Below, one piece after another: positions 1-8,973 of a DNA stretch of 43,413 bases (the stretch's first letter is position 1; each line of letters starts with the position of its first letter). The DNA is from Candidatus Shapirobacteria bacterium (lineage in GTDB: Bacteria > Patescibacteriota > Microgenomatia > UBA12405), in assembly GCA_028701645.1 (NCBI GenBank), contig JAQVQI010000001.1, forward strand, positions 8,793 to 52,205, in the 5' to 3' direction. Below the pieces are notes generated by a model that had not been told where the DNA came from, did not search any database, and worked only from the letters and a program-made list of their open reading frames with translations. The position numbers and the translations under genes were made by a program.

Positions 1-13
1 ATAAATATTTAGT

Positions 14-2020
14 ATGATTACTCTCGATTCTCCAGAAATTAAAAATATTTCCCCCGAAAAAATTGGTGAAATCCTAATTGATGCCAAAAAAGCCTATTAC
101 ACCGGAGGCAAGCCCATAATGGATGACTCTACTTATGACACTCTTGAAGAGATTTTACGCAAAAAACTGCCATACCATCGGGTTTTCACCAAAATTGGTC
201 ACAAAAATTTTGACTCTGGCTTTGACAAAAAACACCATATTATGACCATGGGTTCATTAAATAAAGTAAATACTTACAACGATTTAACCCACTATTTTGA
301 ATTAAAAAGTGCCGCCGCAGGCAACGTTAATATGCGTCGCATATCTTACGTTGTCCAACCCAAATGTGATGGTATTTCTCTAGAAATTATTTACAAAAAT
401 GGTGTGCTTGTCGAAGCCATCACTCGCGGTGACGGCCATATCGGAGATGTAGTCACCCAAAATGTCGTCAAAATGAAAAACGCGGTGATGAATATATCAA
501 AGGGCCTTGATCCGAGCAAAGTCGAAGGGTTTACTGGTTCGGTCCGTTGCGAAATCGTCATGACGAATAAAGATTTTAAAAAGTTGAACCAAATACCAGA
601 TGAAAAATATTCCAACTCTCGTAATGCCGCCTCAGGTATTTCTCAGCGCCTAGACGGTCAATACAGTGAATATTGCAGTCTCTACGCTGTTGATGTTTTT
701 TATGACTTCCCTTTTCAAGGGAGGATACCCGAAGGGCAGGTCAGTTTCAATACTGAAACCGATAAAATTAATTTTCTCAAAGCCCACGGTTTTACTACCG
801 TCGACAATTTTTTATGTAATGATTTTTCTGAAATTGAAACTATTTATCAAAAATTTTTAACCAAAACCCGAAATAACTATCCATACGAAATCGATGGTTT
901 GGTTATAAAAGTTGACAACCAAGAAATACAACATTGCCTTGGTGTTAAAAACAATCGACCAAAGGGGCAAGTCGCCTACAAATTCCCAGCTCGCACCAGT
1001 CAAACTCGGATTGTTAATGTCGAATGGCAAGTCGGCCCCATGGGGACTATCACTCCGGTTGCCCAAGTTGACCCTATTGAGATTTCTGGAGCAGTTATCA
1101 GTTATGCCTCACTAGCCAATTACGATTTAATCAAAGAAAAAAATATTAATATTGATGATATTGTCGAAATCCAAAGAAGGGGAGACGTAATTCCACATAT
1201 CGAAAGTACTATCGTTAAGGTTAATCCTGGACACATCATCGCTCCCACAAATTGTCCTTCGTGCAAGACCAAACTAATCAAAGATAATAAATTTTTAAAA
1301 TGCCCCAATCTCAAAAATTGTCCCGCTCAAATATTAGGTTCACTTAAACTATTTTGTGATACTTTAAAAATTAAAGGAATTTCTGATAAAACTGTCAATA
1401 AACTTTATCAAGCCGGGCACATTCGTCTACCTGGAGATTTTTATAAATTAACTGTTTTTGAATTTGAAAACCTAGTCGGACTGGGTAAAAAATCAGGGAC
1501 CAATATTGTTCAACAAATTCAAGCCAAAAAAACCTTAACTCTTAAACAAATTTTAGATTCTGCCATTATTCCCAATTTTAGCTCCCAAAGAATTACTCAA
1601 ATTATCAATGCTGGTTTTAACACTCCAGACAAAATTTTAAACATTGCCATTTCTCAATTAGAAGCCCTCCCGGGAATCCAAGTCACCTTAGCCCAAAAAA
1701 TATTTCAAGGTATCCAAGACCGAAAAGATTTTATTGAATCAATTCTTAATAATGTAACTATTCAAGAATCTAAAATCATAAATCATAAATCAGAAATTTT
1801 TGGAAAAAATTTCGCTATCACCGGCACCCTTTCTGTCCCCAGAAAAACTCTAGAAGACAAAATTATTTTGCTCGGAGGAAAAATAAGTGAGTCTGTTACC
1901 TCAAATACAAGTTATCTTATTACAAACGACGTAAAACCTAATTCAAGTAAGTTTATTTCTGCTCTAAAATTCAACACTAAAATCATTTCTGAAACCGAGT
2001 TTAACCAATTAGCAGTTTAA
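14..2020 (+). CDS. ligA: NAD-dependent DNA ligase
   Basis: 668-aa ORF. Adenylation KxDG motif (PKCDGIS), 4-Cys zinc finger (CPSCKTKL..CPNLKNCP), HhH region and BRCT-like C-terminus. Confidence 0.95.
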   Translation: MITLDSPEIKNISPEKIGEILIDAKKAYYTGGKPIMDDSTYDTLEEILRKKLPYHRVFTKIGHKNFDSGFDKKHHIMTMGSLNKVNTYNDLTHYFELKSAAAGNVNMRRISYVVQPKCDGISLEIIYKNGVLVEAITRGDGHIGDVVTQNVVKMKNAVMNISKGLDPSKVEGFTGSVRCEIVMTNKDFKKLNQIPDEKYSNSRNAASGISQRLDGQYSEYCSLYAVDVFYDFPFQGRIPEGQVSFNTETDKINFLKAHGFTTVDNFLCNDFSEIETIYQKFLTKTRNNYPYEIDGLVIKVDNQEIQHCLGVKNNRPKGQVAYKFPARTSQTRIVNVEWQVGPMGTITPVAQVDPIEISGAVISYASLANYDLIKEKNINIDDIVEIQRRGDVIPHIESTIVKVNPGHIIAPTNCPSCKTKLIKDNKFLKCPNLKNCPAQILGSLKLFCDTLKIKGISDKTVNKLYQAGHIRLPGDFYKLTVFEFENLVGLGKKSGTNIVQQIQAKKTLTLKQILDSAIIPNFSSQRITQIINAGFNTPDKILNIAISQLEALPGIQVTLAQKIFQGIQDRKDFIESILNNVTIQESKIINHKSEIFGKNFAITGTLSVPRKTLEDKIILLGGKISESVTSNTSYLITNDVKPNSSKFISALKFNTKIISETEFNQLAV

Positions 2021-2037
2021 TCAATTGACTGCTAATA
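2007..2037 (+). repeat. Conserved hairpin AATTAGCAG-N13-CTGCTAATA, copy 1; the loop contains the ligA stop codon
   Basis: Stem TTAGCAGT (2009-2016) pairs with ACTGCTAA (2028-2035). The same arms recur at 15621-15651. Confidence 0.7.
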
Positions 2038-2179
2038 CAGCTTCAAAAAAATATTTTCCCAACGCTTAGGGAAGATAATACTATCAATGTATATTATTCA
2101 ATATCACTAGATATCTATATACTATTATATATATCTATATATAATAAATATCTTCTGTTTTGAATGTTAAAATAAACCA

Positions 2180-2713
2180 ATGAAACTTATCATCGGATTA
2201 GGCAATCCTGGTCTTAAATATCAAAATACTCGCCACAATCTAGGCCAAAAAATAATCACCGATTTTGTACAAGCTAATCATGATTTTTCCTTCCAAGAAA
2301 AAAAATCACTTCAGTCTAAATTAGTTGAGATAGGGCAGGGGACTGACAAAATAATTTTTGCCATCTCTACTGATTATATGAATAATTCTGGAATTACAGT
2401 TCAAAAAATTTCCCAATATTATAAAATTGACTCCTCAGATGTTTATATTATTCATGATGATCTTGATTTAGAAGTAGGGGAGTACAAAACCCAATTTGAT
2501 CGAGGTCCAGCTGGACATAACGGTATTAAATCTATAATCGAAAAATTAGGTACACAACAATTCCACCGGATTCGAATTGGAATTGGAAAGTCTACCAATA
2601 ATATTCCAACAGAGGATTATGTTTTACAACCTTTTTCAAAATCAGAATTAGATATAATAGATTCCATCACTTCAAAAATTTTTGAAGAAATAAAAAAAAT
2701 AATCAATTCATAA
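2180..2713 (+). CDS. pth: Peptidyl-tRNA hydrolase
   Basis: 177 aa. N-terminus MKLIIGLGNPG..Y..TRHNLG and an HNG motif are typical of Pth. Confidence 0.93.
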   Translation: MKLIIGLGNPGLKYQNTRHNLGQKIITDFVQANHDFSFQEKKSLQSKLVEIGQGTDKIIFAISTDYMNNSGITVQKISQYYKIDSSDVYIIHDDLDLEVGEYKTQFDRGPAGHNGIKSIIEKLGTQQFHRIRIGIGKSTNNIPTEDYVLQPFSKSELDIIDSITSKIFEEIKKIINS

Positions 2714-2759
2714 TTTTAAATTTATTTTTAATTATTAATTCGTAATTAGTAATTAATTT

Positions 2760-2833
2760 GGGCCCATAGTCTAGTGGTAAAACATCTCAGTCGCACTGAG
2801 TCGTCGGCGGTTCAAGTCCGCCTGGGTCCACCA
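2760..2833 (+). tRNA. tRNA-Ala (anticodon CGC), CCA encoded
   Basis: Hand-folded cloverleaf. Acceptor GGGCCCA/TGGGTCC with the G3:U70 alanine identity pair. Anticodon loop GTCGCAC (U33, CGC, A37). T arm GGCGG-TTCAAGT-CCGCC. The D stem has one mismatch. Confidence 0.8.
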
Positions 2834-4365
2834 TGGTAAAACTTATAAAATCAATTACTAAATCTATTGGATATGGTGTCAAAAACGATCCAGAAATTGA
2901 TCGTCTCAAAAAAAAACATCCCAAATTTTTTAATTTTATAAAAAAAAGACTAACCAAAAATCACAAATATGGTCGACATCTCACTGTTGGGATTTTGGTC
3001 ACTCTTGTGTTTGTCTATTTTTTTTATGGTATTGTCCGTAGTTACATCGGCCAAGAAAGTCTAGTTCAATTTGACCTTCGAGTAATCAATTTATTTAGTT
3101 TGCTCCGTCATCCAAAACTTAACCAACAAATGCTTTTTATTACCTATCTGGCAAAAGGAGAAATCATCGTTGCTGGTTTATTGGTTTTTAGTATTATTCT
3201 TTTTTTACACAAAAGATGGCGATTATTATTTACTTTATTAATTTCTGTTGGTGTTGGAGAAATATTCGTCTGGATTATTAAAAACACTATCGATCGGCCA
3301 CGCCCATCTCTCGTCAACGCTCTTGTCGCCGAATCTTCATATAGTTTACCCAGTGGCCACACCTTTGTTGCTATCGCTTTTTATGGACTGTTAGTTTATT
3401 TTGTCATTCAGTCTAATAGAAACAAATTTTTAAAAATTATTAGTTTTATTTTTGGAATTTGTCTTATTACTCTGGTTGGATTATCAAGAATCTATCTTGG
3501 CGCTCATTGGCCATCAGATGTTTTTGCCGGAGTCGCTTTTGGGTCTGCCTGGCTATCTATTTTGATAACCTCTTTTAGAATCAAAAAGAAATTTAATCCT
3601 CCTAAAAAAATTCAAATTAATCTCAAACCCAAAACCTTACTTATTTCCAGTATTTTATTGGTTACTATTTGGGTGGTTTATATTTTTTATTTTTTTTATA
3701 CCCATCCATTAATAGAAAAACAAATTATTACTATTCCTAAAAAGACAATCGATATCTCTCAAATTACCACCCAACTTTTTAAAAACCTCCCCAAAATTAG
3801 CGAGTCAATTAGTTCAGTTCCGTCAGAACCAATCAATATTATTGTTGTTTCAGACCAAAAAACACTAGACAAAGCTTTTGTTAATTCTGGCTGGTATTTA
3901 CTAGACGAACCAAGTCTAAGTTCTTATACTCAAATTGTTACTTCTATTATTTTAAAAAAACCATACCCTCAAACTCCAGGACTTCCGGTATTTTGGGACA
4001 CTTTCCCTTGTCCATTTTCTTATGGACAACCAACTCATCCTAGTTCAATTAGCTCCCGACACCACATTCACTTTTGGGACACCAACTATATCACCCCTGA
4101 AGGCCAAACTATTTGGGTAGGTACAGCTCATTTTGATGAAAAAATAAAAAAGAAATTTAAAATTATTTTACCTTTTCACACTACTCAACTTATCGTTGAT
4201 GAAGAAAGAGAAAACATAAAAAACACCTTAGAAAAAAATGGTTTTCTTAGTTCATTTGAAAAAATAAATCTTACTGGACTTCTTTATGGCACCAAAAAAA
4301 GTGGTAACAATTTTCTTACCGACGGTCAAGCATATATTCTTTATTTAAAAGATGAGACAAGATAA
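2833..4365 (+). CDS. PAP2-family phosphatase (membrane) fused to an LssY-like C-terminal domain
   Basis: PAP2 motifs KNTIDRPRP, PSGH and SRIYLGAHWPSDV in a multi-TM N-terminal half. The C-terminal ~230 aa (HHIHFWDT..WVGTAHFDE) resembles my recollection of the LssY_C family. The ATG shares its A with the tRNA-Ala CCA end. Confidence 0.75.
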   Translation: MVKLIKSITKSIGYGVKNDPEIDRLKKKHPKFFNFIKKRLTKNHKYGRHLTVGILVTLVFVYFFYGIVRSYIGQESLVQFDLRVINLFSLLRHPKLNQQMLFITYLAKGEIIVAGLLVFSIILFLHKRWRLLFTLLISVGVGEIFVWIIKNTIDRPRPSLVNALVAESSYSLPSGHTFVAIAFYGLLVYFVIQSNRNKFLKIISFIFGICLITLVGLSRIYLGAHWPSDVFAGVAFGSAWLSILITSFRIKKKFNPPKKIQINLKPKTLLISSILLVTIWVVYIFYFFYTHPLIEKQIITIPKKTIDISQITTQLFKNLPKISESISSVPSEPINIIVVSDQKTLDKAFVNSGWYLLDEPSLSSYTQIVTSIILKKPYPQTPGLPVFWDTFPCPFSYGQPTHPSSISSRHHIHFWDTNYITPEGQTIWVGTAHFDEKIKKKFKIILPFHTTQLIVDEERENIKNTLEKNGFLSSFEKINLTGLLYGTKKSGNNFLTDGQAYILYLKDETR

Positions 4366-4651
4366 ACCTTCTCCAATTTCAGTTCAGCTCGAAAAGTTTA
4401 AAGACACACTTGAAAAAAGACAAAAATACGTCAAGATGGAGTATCAATCATACGGTCTAGAATTAGCCAAAGAGCTACAAGACTGGAAAAATCGATCTCT
4501 TTATATTCGCCTAGCCAAAAATACTGATAGAAAAACTTTAGAAATTGCTAGATATTTTGTCAAAGACCAAAGCCCTGGGACAATCAAAACTCCATATAAA
4601 TTATTTATGTGGAAACTTGGACAATTGAAAGAAAATAAGCCTAAAATATAG
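4352..4651 (+). CDS. Hypothetical small basic protein
   Basis: 99-aa ORF in an operon-like position between the PAP2 gene and the exporter genes. No recognisable motif. Confidence 0.45.
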   Translation: MRQDKPSPISVQLEKFKDTLEKRQKYVKMEYQSYGLELAKELQDWKNRSLYIRLAKNTDRKTLEIARYFVKDQSPGTIKTPYKLFMWKLGQLKENKPKI

Positions 4652-4679
4652 TATTATTAGTGATATAATATCAAGCTGT

Positions 4680-5741
4680 ATGTCATTTCTAAAAAAGAAT
4701 CTAAAAAAGATTATTATCATTCTAATTGTTCTTCTAGTTTCTGGTTTTGGTATCTACAAAATTAGTGCCAAAGACAAATCTAAAGACACACCTAAGTTTG
4801 ATGTCAAAAAAGAAACAGTGGTAACTCCCAAAAGAGAAACAATTAAAGAAGAAATCACCCTAACCGGGTCAATAGATGCCGGTACCAAATCAAATCTTCA
4901 ATTTAAGACCAGCGGTCAACTGGCTTGGGTTGGTGTCAAAGTAGGGGATAAGGTAAAAAAATATCAAGCTATTGCCTCACTCAACAAAGAAGAATTAAAA
5001 AAAGGGCTGACAGCTGATTTTAATAATTATCGATCAGCTTTGGCCACCTTTGACGATGTTCAAGATGAATATAAATATGAAAAAGAGAGTTTAATTCTTA
5101 CCGACGAAATGAAACGAATTTTAGTTCGATCTCAAAACACTCTAGGTAATGCAGTTATTAACTATGAGCTCCAAGATTTAGCTATCAAATACGCTACTTT
5201 ATATACACCAATTAGTGGTATTGTTGTTGCTATTGACGAACCCAACAGCGGTGTCAATATTACTCCTGCCTCAGCCACTTTTTCGATTATCGACCCTACT
5301 AGTATTTATTTTAAAGCTCAAATTGATCAAGAAGATGTCAATCGAATCAAAATTGGTGATAAAACCACAATCAAATTAGACAGTTTCCCCGACGAGTCAA
5401 TTGAATCAGAGGTCACCTATATTTCTTTTGTCCCAATTGCCGGACAAACTTCAACAGTATATGAAATTAGATTCAAATTAAACGGTACTGATAATCAAGA
5501 ATTAAAATATCGATTAGGGATGGATGGCGACGCTATTATCTCTCTTAAACAAATAGACAATAGTCTTACTCTCCCAATCGAAGCCATCAATCAAGATGAA
5601 AATCAATCTTATGTTTTTATCAAACCGGCCGACAACGACCAATTAATCAAAAAAAATATTACTACTGGTATTGAAACTGACACCACTATTGAAATTTTAG
5701 AAGGACTATCCGAAAATGACCAAGTTGTTATCTCCAAATAA
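4680..5741 (+). CDS. HlyD/MacA-family membrane-fusion (periplasmic adaptor) protein
   Basis: N-terminal TM anchor, lipoyl-like/beta-barrel signature (GSIDAG..FKTSGQLAWVGVKVGDKVKKYQ) and a position upstream of the MacB-type ATPase and permease. Confidence 0.8.
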   Translation: MSFLKKNLKKIIIILIVLLVSGFGIYKISAKDKSKDTPKFDVKKETVVTPKRETIKEEITLTGSIDAGTKSNLQFKTSGQLAWVGVKVGDKVKKYQAIASLNKEELKKGLTADFNNYRSALATFDDVQDEYKYEKESLILTDEMKRILVRSQNTLGNAVINYELQDLAIKYATLYTPISGIVVAIDEPNSGVNITPASATFSIIDPTSIYFKAQIDQEDVNRIKIGDKTTIKLDSFPDESIESEVTYISFVPIAGQTSTVYEIRFKLNGTDNQELKYRLGMDGDAIISLKQIDNSLTLPIEAINQDENQSYVFIKPADNDQLIKKNITTGIETDTTIEILEGLSENDQVVISK

Positions 5742-6429
5742 TCGAAACATTATTTTGGAATTAAAAAATATTACTAAAACTTACACTACTGGCACTAATT
5801 CTTTTAATGCTTTAGACGGTATTAATCTAAAAATATATGAAGGTGAATTTATTTCCATTACCGGACCTTCTGGTTCTGGTAAGTCGACCTTGATGCACAT
5901 CATTGGTTTGCTTGACAACCCCACTTCTGGTGAAGTTAATCTAAATGGTCGCAATATTGCCAAACTAAAAGAACACCAGTTAGCCCAAATTCGAAATGTC
6001 ACTTTGGGTTTTGTTTTTCAGCAATTTAATTTATTGGCCAAAACATCTTCTTTAGAAAATGTTTTATTACCCCTTTTGTATTCTGATGTTCCCAAAAGAG
6101 ATCGACAAAAAATTGGACTAGACTTACTGGCCAAAGTTGGACTTCAAGATAAAACCAACAATACCCCAGCCCAATTGTCTGGCGGCCAACAACAACGAGT
6201 TGCCATTGCCCGAGCTTTAGTCAATAATCCTAAAATTATTTTAGCTGATGAACCAACAGGAAATTTGGATAGTAAATCTGGTGAGGATGTTATGAAGTTT
6301 TTTCATCAATTAAACGAAAAAGAGGGGAGAACCATTGTTTTTGTCACTCATGATATGGATTTAGCCAAAGAAGCCAATCGGACTATTATTATCAAAGACG
6401 GAAAAATTTTAGAGGAAAAACATGCTTAA
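5716..6429 (+). CDS. ABC transporter ATP-binding protein (MacB/LolD type)
   Basis: Walker [10 protein letters not shown], signature LSGGQQQRV, Walker B ILADEPT. Confidence 0.92.
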   Translation: MTKLLSPNNRNIILELKNITKTYTTGTNSFNALDGINLKIYEGEFISITGPSGSGKSTLMHIIGLLDNPTSGEVNLNGRNIAKLKEHQLAQIRNVTLGFVFQQFNLLAKTSSLENVLLPLLYSDVPKRDRQKIGLDLLAKVGLQDKTNNTPAQLSGGQQQRVAIARALVNNPKIILADEPTGNLDSKSGEDVMKFFHQLNEKEGRTIVFVTHDMDLAKEANRTIIIKDGKILEEKHA

Positions 6430-7639
6430 ACCATCGTTCAACGATCTTCTCAAATCCAGTTTCAAATCGATTTTAAAAAATAAAAGCCGGACTATATTGA
6501 CCTCTTTAGGCATAATTATTGGTGTAACTTCAGTAATTTTGTTAACTTCTATTGGTAATGGTCTTAAAAAATATGTCACCGATCAGTTTGATTCTTTAGG
6601 CGCCAACTCAATATTTATTTCTCCAGGAAGAGTTTTTAACGACAACGGAGGATTTTCTCAAAGCGGAGCCATCATGACAACCAGTTTTTCACTTAAAGAT
6701 GTCACTAACTTAAAAAGAAAATTAGACAATGTTGAAATTACCCCCGCTAATGGTGTCTTTGTTGATATCTCGTCTCCTTTCAACACTCAAAAATCAATCG
6801 AGATTGATGGTTCGACGCAAAATTTTGGTATCAATAATAATCTAGCCCCATCAGAAGGCAATGGTCGCTGGTTTACGGAAGAGGAAAATAGTAAAAAAAC
6901 TCCAGTAATAATTCTTGGTTATCAATTAGCTCAAGATTTATTTCCAAACTCTTCTGCTCTTGGAAAAAAAGTAATTGTCAAAGGAAAAACCTTAAAAGTT
7001 ATTGGCGTAAGTGACAAAAAAGGCTCATCTTTTGGTGGTCCAAGTTTTGATAAACAAGGCTATATACCTCTAAATGTGGCTTTTGATCTAGCCGGCAACA
7101 ACGATATTCAAAGCATTATTGTAAAAGCTAAAAACAAAGATTCAATTGAGTCAACCAAAAAACAAATTACCAAAATAATGTTAGAAAAATATGATGAAGA
7201 TGCTTTTTCAGTTTTTGACAGCTCTCAACTTTTAAGCTCAATCAATTCTATTATTAGTGTTCTCACAATTTCCTTAACCGGAATCGCTGCAATTTCTTTA
7301 GTTGTTGGCGGAATCGGGATAATGAATATTATGTTAGTTTCTGTCACTGAACGAACTCGAGAAATTGGACTTAGAAAAGCAATTGGTGCTTATCCTCGAG
7401 CAATTTTAATTCAATTCTTAATCGAGGCCGTAATTTTGTCTTGTATTGGTGGTACTACTGGAATACTTTTAGGGTATTTAGGAACTTTAGCCATAAAATC
7501 ATTTTTTCCCGCCCAAGTCACTATTTCTTCAGTAATTCTCGCTTTTGGAGTTTCTTCTCTAGTAGGTATAATTTTTGGTGTTGCCCCAGCTCGCAAAGCC
7601 TCCAAGCTTTCACCCATCGAAGCCCTCCGATACGAATAA
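6422..7639 (+). CDS. ABC transporter permease (MacB/FtsX type)
   Basis: 405 aa. N-terminal TM, large extracytoplasmic MacB_PCD-like domain and a C-terminal FtsX-like 3-TM bundle. Confidence 0.9.
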   Translation: MLKPSFNDLLKSSFKSILKNKSRTILTSLGIIIGVTSVILLTSIGNGLKKYVTDQFDSLGANSIFISPGRVFNDNGGFSQSGAIMTTSFSLKDVTNLKRKLDNVEITPANGVFVDISSPFNTQKSIEIDGSTQNFGINNNLAPSEGNGRWFTEEENSKKTPVIILGYQLAQDLFPNSSALGKKVIVKGKTLKVIGVSDKKGSSFGGPSFDKQGYIPLNVAFDLAGNNDIQSIIVKAKNKDSIESTKKQITKIMLEKYDEDAFSVFDSSQLLSSINSIISVLTISLTGIAAISLVVGGIGIMNIMLVSVTERTREIGLRKAIGAYPRAILIQFLIEAVILSCIGGTTGILLGYLGTLAIKSFFPAQVTISSVILAFGVSSLVGIIFGVAPARKASKLSPIEALRYE

Positions 7640-7656
7640 TCTGCTATTATTTATTA

Positions 7657-8220
7657 GTGAAACACGAATTTCGTTACCATTTATTAGCTTCATTAGCCTT
7701 GTTTTTTTTAGTCTCTATTTTTTTGGTGATTATTAAGTCACCAAATATCCAGATATTATACCTATTTTTAGGCATATTTGTTGGATCAATTATTTTAGAC
7801 ACCGATCATCTAATCTTTTGGTTTTTTCTCAAACCAAACACTGAAGAAAGCCGTTTAGCTAAAATAACTATTAAAAATTTTGACATAAAATCACTCACAA
7901 AACTTATCAACGCCAGCCATTCAAGTCACCACAATCTAATTTTTCATCACTATTTTTTTCAATCAATTTTAGTTTTATTTACTTTTTTTATTTTTACTTC
8001 AACCTCTAATTTGTTTGTTCTTTCATTAGTTGTCTCTTTAAACCTTCATCTTTTGGTTGATGAATATCTTGATTTTTTAATCAATCCCAAAATTCTTCAA
8101 AAATGGTTGTTTGCCAGAGAAGAAAAACAACTCCCAGTTAAATTTCTCAACCGTTATTTAGCTATTTTTAGTATCTTTTTAATTATCTTTATAATTCTTT
8201 TGTTTTACTCCCAACTATGA
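7657..8220 (+). CDS. Polytopic His-rich membrane protein, possibly a membrane-bound metal-dependent hydrolase
   Basis: The track ORF 7441-8220 overlaps the permease. The first in-frame start after the permease stop is GTG at 7657. About 5 hydrophobic helices, with LDTDH and SHSSHHNLIFHH motifs. Confidence 0.5.
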   Translation: MKHEFRYHLLASLALFFLVSIFLVIIKSPNIQILYLFLGIFVGSIILDTDHLIFWFFLKPNTEESRLAKITIKNFDIKSLTKLINASHSSHHNLIFHHYFFQSILVLFTFFIFTSTSNLFVLSLVVSLNLHLLVDEYLDFLINPKILQKWLFAREEKQLPVKFLNRYLAIFSIFLIIFIILLFYSQL

Positions 8221-8708
8221 TGGTCTCAAGCCCGGAACTTTTTCTCCAAGCCAAAAAATATCTTTCAGGACACCAAGACGAACTTGTCAACGATGTCGAA
8301 ATAATTTTAAAACGACTTCAAATTCAAGACCCCATAAGTGATTTTTCTTTTTTAGTATCTCCCATTGCCAAAGCCTATGAAGGTTTTCTAAAAGAATTTT
8401 TTTTAAAACTAGAAATCATAACCGACACTGATTTTGAAAGCGAACGGTTTAGGGTAGGAAAAACTCTTAATCCCTCACTTCGCTACAAACGTTTTTCGGT
8501 TTTTCAAAAATTAACAGAAATTGACCCAAAAGGGGAGGAGTTGGCAGAAAATCTTTGGGACGCCTGGAAATTTGGACGTAACGAAATATTTCACTATTTT
8601 CCAAATAACTATAAAAATCTTACCAGACTCGAAGCCGAAGACCGAATTAACTTACTACTTAGAGCCATTATCATGGCTGGACTTTTTTTGGAACAAAACC
8701 AAAAATAA
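8217..8708 (+). CDS. Hypothetical all-alpha protein with an HEPN-like RNxxxH motif
   Basis: 163 aa. ATGA start/stop overlap with the upstream gene. GRNEIFHY lies near the C-terminal third of a helix-rich sequence. Confidence 0.55.
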   Translation: MMVSSPELFLQAKKYLSGHQDELVNDVEIILKRLQIQDPISDFSFLVSPIAKAYEGFLKEFFLKLEIITDTDFESERFRVGKTLNPSLRYKRFSVFQKLTEIDPKGEELAENLWDAWKFGRNEIFHYFPNNYKNLTRLEAEDRINLLLRAIIMAGLFLEQNQK

Positions 8709-8762
8709 TAATCAAATTTTTAAATTAAAGTTATAATTTTCATAGTGTATAATTAAAAACAT

Positions 8763-8954
8763 ATGCCAAAAATAATTATCGACCAAGACAAATGTATCGG
8801 GTGTAATACCTGTCCTTTATTAAATCCAGACGTTTTTGAAATGGACACGTCTACTTATAAAGCTAAAGTAAAAGCCCAACCAACAACTATTGATGAAATG
8901 ACTCAAAACGCCATAGATTCTTGCCCGGTCCAAGCAATTTCTAGTGAAAATTAA
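8763..8954 (+). CDS. Small single-cluster ferredoxin
   Basis: 63 aa with CIGCNTCP ... DSCPV cysteine ligands. Confidence 0.8.
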   Translation: MPKIIIDQDKCIGCNTCPLLNPDVFEMDTSTYKAKVKAQPTTIDEMTQNAIDSCPVQAISSEN

Positions 8955-8973
8955 TATTAATAATTAAAAACTT

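Noticed and set aside
7441-7656. The N-terminal 72 codons of track ORF 7441-8220.
   Set aside because: They lie entirely out of frame inside the conserved C-terminal FtsX domain of the ABC permease. The real gene most likely starts after the permease stop, at GTG 7657.
8218-8220. Possible alternative genetic code with UGA reassigned, as in some CPR lineages. This was considered because RF1 is unusual.
   Set aside because: TGA terminates the membrane-protein ORF at 8218-8220, in an ATGA overlap with the next gene. All conserved housekeeping ORFs are full-length under the standard code, with no in-frame TGA needing read-through.
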